From Pirellula sp. (lineage in GTDB: Bacteria; Planctomycetota; Planctomycetia; Pirellulales; Pirellulaceae): 64,000 bases of DNA. Position numbers and translations under genes: made by a program. Location: positions 9,191 through 73,190 of the forward strand of contig JAYTVL010000118.1 of assembly GCA_043744075.1 (NCBI GenBank), read 5' to 3'. Each line of letters begins with the position of its first letter. Within the stretch, counting starts at the first letter, position 1. The notes under the pieces were generated by a model. It made no database searches and was not told the DNA's origin. It saw nothing but the letters and a program-made list of their open reading frames with translations. This document shows, piece after piece, positions 59,830-64,000 of the stretch.

Positions 59830-61020
59830 GTCCTCCGCCCTACGGTGTACGTTCATGGTCGGGGCTTAAAGTGCCCCTCGCCTCTTTCGTTCTCACTCCC
59901 CATGGACATCACTCCAAAGGTGCAAACGTGAACGAGTCGTGACTGCCTTGCCACGCACCTTCTACTACCTTGGACTGGTAGTGCCGGTGTCTTGCCCTTC
60001 GACAAGATCATCGCCCTCCTCCCGGAGGCTTCTACTTAAGGCACGCTCCCACTCATGCGGCATTTCAATCACCGAACTTGACCGTCGTTCGGCACCGAGG
60101 TTGCGATCCCCGGCAGCCACAGAGTTTCCTGCGTTAGCTAATCACTTCACTACTAGAGTCACGTCGTTAGAAGGAATTACCCTTCGATCCACAGACAGTA
60201 TGTGCTACCTTCCGGTAAGCCATAGTTTCCAATCGACCTTGTTCAAGCCGATTGATTTCCCGATGCGAAAGCAGAAGCTCTCGGTATCCGATGGTCCTAG
60301 TCCTTGGACCGTCTGTAGTGGATTGGTCACGGTTTGGCACCGTCTCTCTAGTGATTTACTGGCAAGCTCTATCCGTACTTATTTGGATTGGAGCCTTTCA
60401 TAGTTGAGCTTTTTGCCGTCGGTCTTTTATTCCGATCGCCGGAGTGGCAACTCCGGTATGGCCTGTTACCAGGCTCATAGCTCCCTACGCCAGCCGTGTT
60501 GAAGGAACCTTGGTAGAACCAAGGCCCACAACCCCTTGAGAGGGTTCAACCCCACGGACGGGATTACGCATATCCATGCTTCACCCGTTTTGTGATTAGC
60601 GGCTTGGTACTTGGATCAAAGTCCTAAGCACTAAGTCTTTCCGCATCGCCCGTATTCAATTTGAGAAACAACAGATTGTTATAGGATAGAACGACAGGAT
60701 TACTTCTTAGGCCACTTCTCACTTACAACGTGAGCTTGTGGCCAAGAGATTACTCTGTCGAGCCTCCTTCGCACTGGACGAACCACTCTCGTGGTATCCA
60801 GCGCTAAGGGCGGCGGGATGGTCAAAATTGACCAAAATGAAGGGAGCTACCCTTCGCTTCTTAGCTCGGCTGATAAGACCAAGTTTACCGAAGCCCGCCA
60901 CGCCCGACCATGAACGTCAACTTCGTCTGCCTTAGCCAGTGGAGTATTTCCATTCTGGTTTACCGACAAACTCGCTTTACGCTAAAACTGACGTCCGGCG
61001 ATTACTCGCCTGTGGTTTAC
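59830..61020 (-). ncRNA. Candidate large ornate structured ncRNA (about 1.2 kb; GOLLD/ROOL-class by analogy, unverified)
   Basis: At least 15 hairpins; GNRA loops (GTAA at 60997-61010 and 60461-74, GAGA at 60782-95); G-U pairs favour the minus strand; 15-bp perfect long-range helix 60903-17/59849-63; no credible ORF. Boundaries approximate. Confidence 0.65.
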
Positions 61021-61166
61021 GTCCTATCACGCATTTCACAAAAAACAAAGCAAAGTAAAGTTTATACTTCCGAAGCTGCTTAGGTGTGCTAGACCGATGC
61101 GGGTTCGGGCAAAGACAGAATCTGTGCTCGCCTACGAGCTACATTACTCTTGACAGCGCCTGGAGC

Positions 61167-62159
61167 TTAATTGATTGCTATAGCTAAAACCTTTCCAAGG
61201 CGTACACCGCCCGCGAGCATGCGTTGTTGTGCAGAATTACCACCGCTCTTGAGGTAGCTCTCACTACAGACGACGGGTATATCTTGAGTGTTTGCAATCA
61301 GTTGCGCCCGTATCTCTTGCGAATAGGCAAGCGAAGATGCAATTTCGAGGCTCTCGGTCAACCAATCCTCTTCGTTCATCGACAAACTCTCTGTGGGATC
61401 GTGCTCACCAATAAGTTGAAGTGCACGGTTTCTCGCCGTACGCCACTTAATGTCATTTCCTGGGAATTGATCCCATAAGCTATGCAGATTACCTCTCTGT
61501 TTCGTTTTTATCGAATTTCCGCCTCTGTCGCCTCGTTTGAATAACGTCTCCGAATATAACGAAACTGAGTGAAGGGGCTGATGGATGTCGCCAACGGTAT
61601 GGCATAGCCAAGTTATCATTAAAGCCTTGTTTGCATCTGTGGCGTTTACGTCACGTAGGACAGACCGAGATTTTCGGATAGCCTGAACAATGTTCATGTC
61701 TTCGACAATTGCAGCCGGAGGATGCAGGCTTACGTTCGCAGTTAGCTTTCCGGCAAAGAAATGCACATCGGATTCTTGAAGAAAAACTGGGAGGTTAATG
61801 TAATGCCAAGAGCCATGATGGTAGGTCGCCTTAAGTTCGCCACGGAAGCCTCGCGTGATGTCCGGCCAAATCGATGCTTGCTGGAGCATCCACTCATGCC
61901 TTTCGGTTTCGTTCGTGATTTCCTTTTCTTTGGCAAGGATCGTTTCAAAATCCTCAGCAAATCTTGGATGGTTCTTAAGTAGCCCAACAAATTTTCTTCG
62001 TTGGACTTCATTCAACTGCCTGAATGCTATCGACGCAATAATACGATGCCCAGCCGAACTCCATGCACATGCATTTGGGGCAAGCATCAGCACGAGTAGA
62101 AAACTGACGACCAAGGCGCGAGAGCAGAATCGACTCCCGTATCTTTGGCAACGTTTCAT
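61167..62159 (-). CDS. S1/P1 nuclease (secreted)
   Basis: Signal peptide, then mature W-SSAGH; ASIWPD; WHYIN; H.VGDIHQPLH; GDRGGN; NLHSLWD; LAGG.RL. Confidence 0.95.
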   Translation of the reverse strand: MKRCQRYGSRFCSRALVVSFLLVLMLAPNACAWSSAGHRIIASIAFRQLNEVQRRKFVGLLKNHPRFAEDFETILAKEKEITNETERHEWMLQQASIWPDITRGFRGELKATYHHGSWHYINLPVFLQESDVHFFAGKLTANVSLHPPAAIVEDMNIVQAIRKSRSVLRDVNATDANKALMITWLCHTVGDIHQPLHSVSLYSETLFKRGDRGGNSIKTKQRGNLHSLWDQFPGNDIKWRTARNRALQLIGEHDPTESLSMNEEDWLTESLEIASSLAYSQEIRAQLIANTQDIPVVCSESYLKSGGNSAQQRMLAGGVRLGKVLAIAIN

Positions 62160-62163
62160 TCTG

Positions 62164-62367
62164 TTAGCTCCCAATTGCTCGCCCAACGATAAAACAAATC
62201 CCGAGGATAAAAGCGGCCATGACAGCTGCAGCAGCCATATTTCCCTTTTTGATTTCCTGCGCAAAATCGATCCGCCATTCCAAAAAGTCGAAAAGAAAGT
62301 AACCGGCGATCGACAAGACCAAACCGACCGAACCGAAAAGTGAAGCGATTAATACTGATTCCCACAT
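62164..62367 (-). CDS. DUF350 small membrane protein
   Basis: Two TMs with IDFAQEIKKGNMAAAAV; GGAG RBS before ATG 62367. Confidence 0.85.
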   Translation of the reverse strand: MWESVLIASLFGSVGLVLSIAGYFLFDFLEWRIDFAQEIKKGNMAAAAVMAAFILGICFIVGRAIGS

Positions 62368-62383
62368 AGTTGACTCCAATGAT

Positions 62384-63574
62384 TTACGAGGAAAGGATTT
62401 GGGTGAATGGCCGAATTTTGCTGCTGTGCGCAGACGTTGCAGAATGGAAAAATCCCCCGCAGTGAGGTTGTGCAGAACACATTTCGCATTCGGGAAGAAA
62501 TATGTTTTTCCAGTCGGAAATACTCTTTCTCGCAAATGCCCACATCGGCTTGGGAAGGACACAAAGTTGATGGTTGTAAATTGATACGTTTAAGCCAGCG
62601 GCAGCAAGATTCGTCACCGCTTCGGTGAGTTCCACTTGATAATCAATTGGGTCAATCCATAGAGACCGAAGGTTTGTTTTACCAAAGCCAATTGGCTCGA
62701 AGCCCATCAAGGCAACATGCGAGACAAATGGGAAATTGCGAGCAATGTACGAGGCAAGCTGAGGCAAGCGAGCATAAGTATGTCGATGAATGACAACTCG
62801 AATTTCCACGGGGACTTTGCACCGAGCGAGGTTGAGAATGCCGCGTACTGTGTGGTCAAACGATCCGGGCGCTTGAACTACAAATTCGTGCCGCCATGAA
62901 ATGTCTGAGTAGACAGGAATTCCAATCATCAGATCTGGATGTCTGATTTCGGCAAGTTCCCTGGCAAGTGACAAATAGGCAAACATCCTTCCATTGCTTA
63001 AAACATGAAGTGCCGTCTTTGGCAAGAAACGCGCACACGCGGATACCAAATCGATAAACCGATCTCCCAAAAGAGTGGGTTCACCTCCCGTGATTCCGAG
63101 AGCCTGCGTTTCGTTACTCATCATTGGAATAGCTGCAAGCCAATCATCGACAAGCGACACCGAATCATGTTTCTTTGGCGGTTGCGAGCACATCACGCAC
63201 CATGAATTGCATCGCTCTGTTACCAACATGGCATTGGAAAGCGAATTCCTTCGGTACATTACCCAGAGCTCTCCACGCGACGGAGTGAGTCTTACGATAT
63301 CGCCGTCCTCCAAATGATTGAGCGTTTCCGGCAACAAGTAGTGCGGCACCTCACCTAAAAGTTGTTGTTCAATAGAATTGTGAGTGGCGTGCGTTCGAGA
63401 AAAATAGGCTCCAAAACCACGCGGGACATTTGAAGGTCCATCAATTAGCAAGGCGTTGTCAGCCGGACTGATTTCATTTTCGTTCGAAGTTATGCGAAGA
63501 ATACATGGCGGTACTTCGAAAATTCTATCGAGCTTTGCCCCAAGTGCCGAGGCGACTGTCTTAAACGGCGTCAT
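62384..63574 (-). CDS. hxsC: His-Xaa-Ser system radical SAM maturase HxsC
   Basis: VTERCNSWCVMCSQPP, ITGGEPTL, ARKSISDWKN, C..C.....CGGFF; ATGA-coupled to hxsB. Confidence 0.92.
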   Translation of the reverse strand: MTPFKTVASALGAKLDRIFEVPPCILRITSNENEISPADNALLIDGPSNVPRGFGAYFSRTHATHNSIEQQLLGEVPHYLLPETLNHLEDGDIVRLTPSRGELWVMYRRNSLSNAMLVTERCNSWCVMCSQPPKKHDSVSLVDDWLAAIPMMSNETQALGITGGEPTLLGDRFIDLVSACARFLPKTALHVLSNGRMFAYLSLARELAEIRHPDLMIGIPVYSDISWRHEFVVQAPGSFDHTVRGILNLARCKVPVEIRVVIHRHTYARLPQLASYIARNFPFVSHVALMGFEPIGFGKTNLRSLWIDPIDYQVELTEAVTNLAAAGLNVSIYNHQLCVLPKPMWAFARKSISDWKNIFLPECEMCSAQPHCGGFFHSATSAHSSKIRPFTQILSS

Positions 63575-64000
63575 GCGATCCATGTTCGCAAAACCTTTGC
63601 TGCTTCAGGTCGATCTTCTAGTATCGCAATAAGGAAGCGGACAAGCTCCATTTGCTTTCGACAAAATCCGCTTTCTGGCTTATTTCCGACGATATCCCCT
63701 TGTGTTGAAAAGTGATAGAGAGGGTCACTTCCGCAATAGGGTTGGATACCGCAGTCAGCGCACATAGGCATACTTTCGGTCATGGTAGATTCAATCCATT
63801 TCACGTACTTTTCCGATGTCAGTAGGTCTTCAAAGCTATTATGCTCAACGTGTCCTAGCCGAAACTGCGTTTCTCGCATTTCAGCAAGCATTCGAGCTTC
63901 GTCGGAACCATAAACGTAGCCATCGTAGTTAAAGACCATGCAGCCAAGTCCCATACCAGCCGGGGATTGAAGGTCGACATAGCCAATTGGGAATGGAGTT
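63571..64000 (-). CDS. hxsB: His-Xaa-Ser system radical SAM maturase HxsB (3' part; 5' end outside window)
   Basis: YVDLQSPAG.G.G..V.NYDG.VY.SDEARML...P.C..C...PYCGSDP..H....FC. Confidence 0.92.
   Translation of the reverse strand, partial: TPFPIGYVDLQSPAGMGLGCMVFNYDGYVYGSDEARMLAEMRETQFRLGHVEHNSFEDLLTSEKYVKWIESTMTESMPMCADCGIQPYCGSDPLYHFSTQGDIVGNKPESGFCRKQMELVRFLIAILEDRPEAAKVLRTWIA

Noticed and set aside
59520-60403. ORFs 59520..59942 and 59939..60403 as real proteins
   Set aside because: Ser/Arg/Pro-rich, no RBS or motif, and they lie antisense to the better-supported RNA strand.
59849-60917. IS/MITE bounded by the 15-bp inverted repeat
   Set aside because: No target-site duplication in the flanks and no transposase; hairpins continue outside the repeat.
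59830-61020. Group I or group II intron as the explanation for the structured region
   Set aside because: No P/Q/R/S core for group I, no AGC/CGC-triad domain V hairpin for group II, no RT/homing ORF, and no interrupted host gene is visible.

Overview
Planctomycete (Pirellulaceae-like) genomic window. About 1-9.8 kb holds typical planctomycete genes: a BNR beta-propeller protein, DUF1559, a DUF900 hydrolase and two metalloproteases. From about 10 kb to the end it is a mosaic mobile island that looks ICE-derived. It carries leading-region/anti-defence-type genes (DUF932, two ArdC-like, two RadC, two small putative ssDNA-binding proteins), several preceded by conserved stem-loop repeats. It also carries many defence-type modules: Pycsar, DUF5131-TcmP, a peptide + inactive-NTPase-TPR + trypsin-endonuclease operon, DprA-PRTase (ShosTA-like), a BsuBI/PstI-type RM pair, ECF + kinase-NACHT, and His-Xaa-Ser hxsBC. 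There are two tyrosine recombinase copies, a 258-bp MITE with an 8-bp target duplication, several pseudogenes and small metabolic cargo. The most striking unexplained feature is about 1.2 kb without a credible ORF (about 59830-61020, minus strand). It is packed with hairpins, GNRA tetraloops and G-U pairs, and a perfect 15-bp helix links its two ends: a candidate giant ornate non-coding RNA. All family calls come from recognising motifs by eye; no searches were run. No rRNA, tRNA, CRISPR array, relaxase or T4SS gene was seen.
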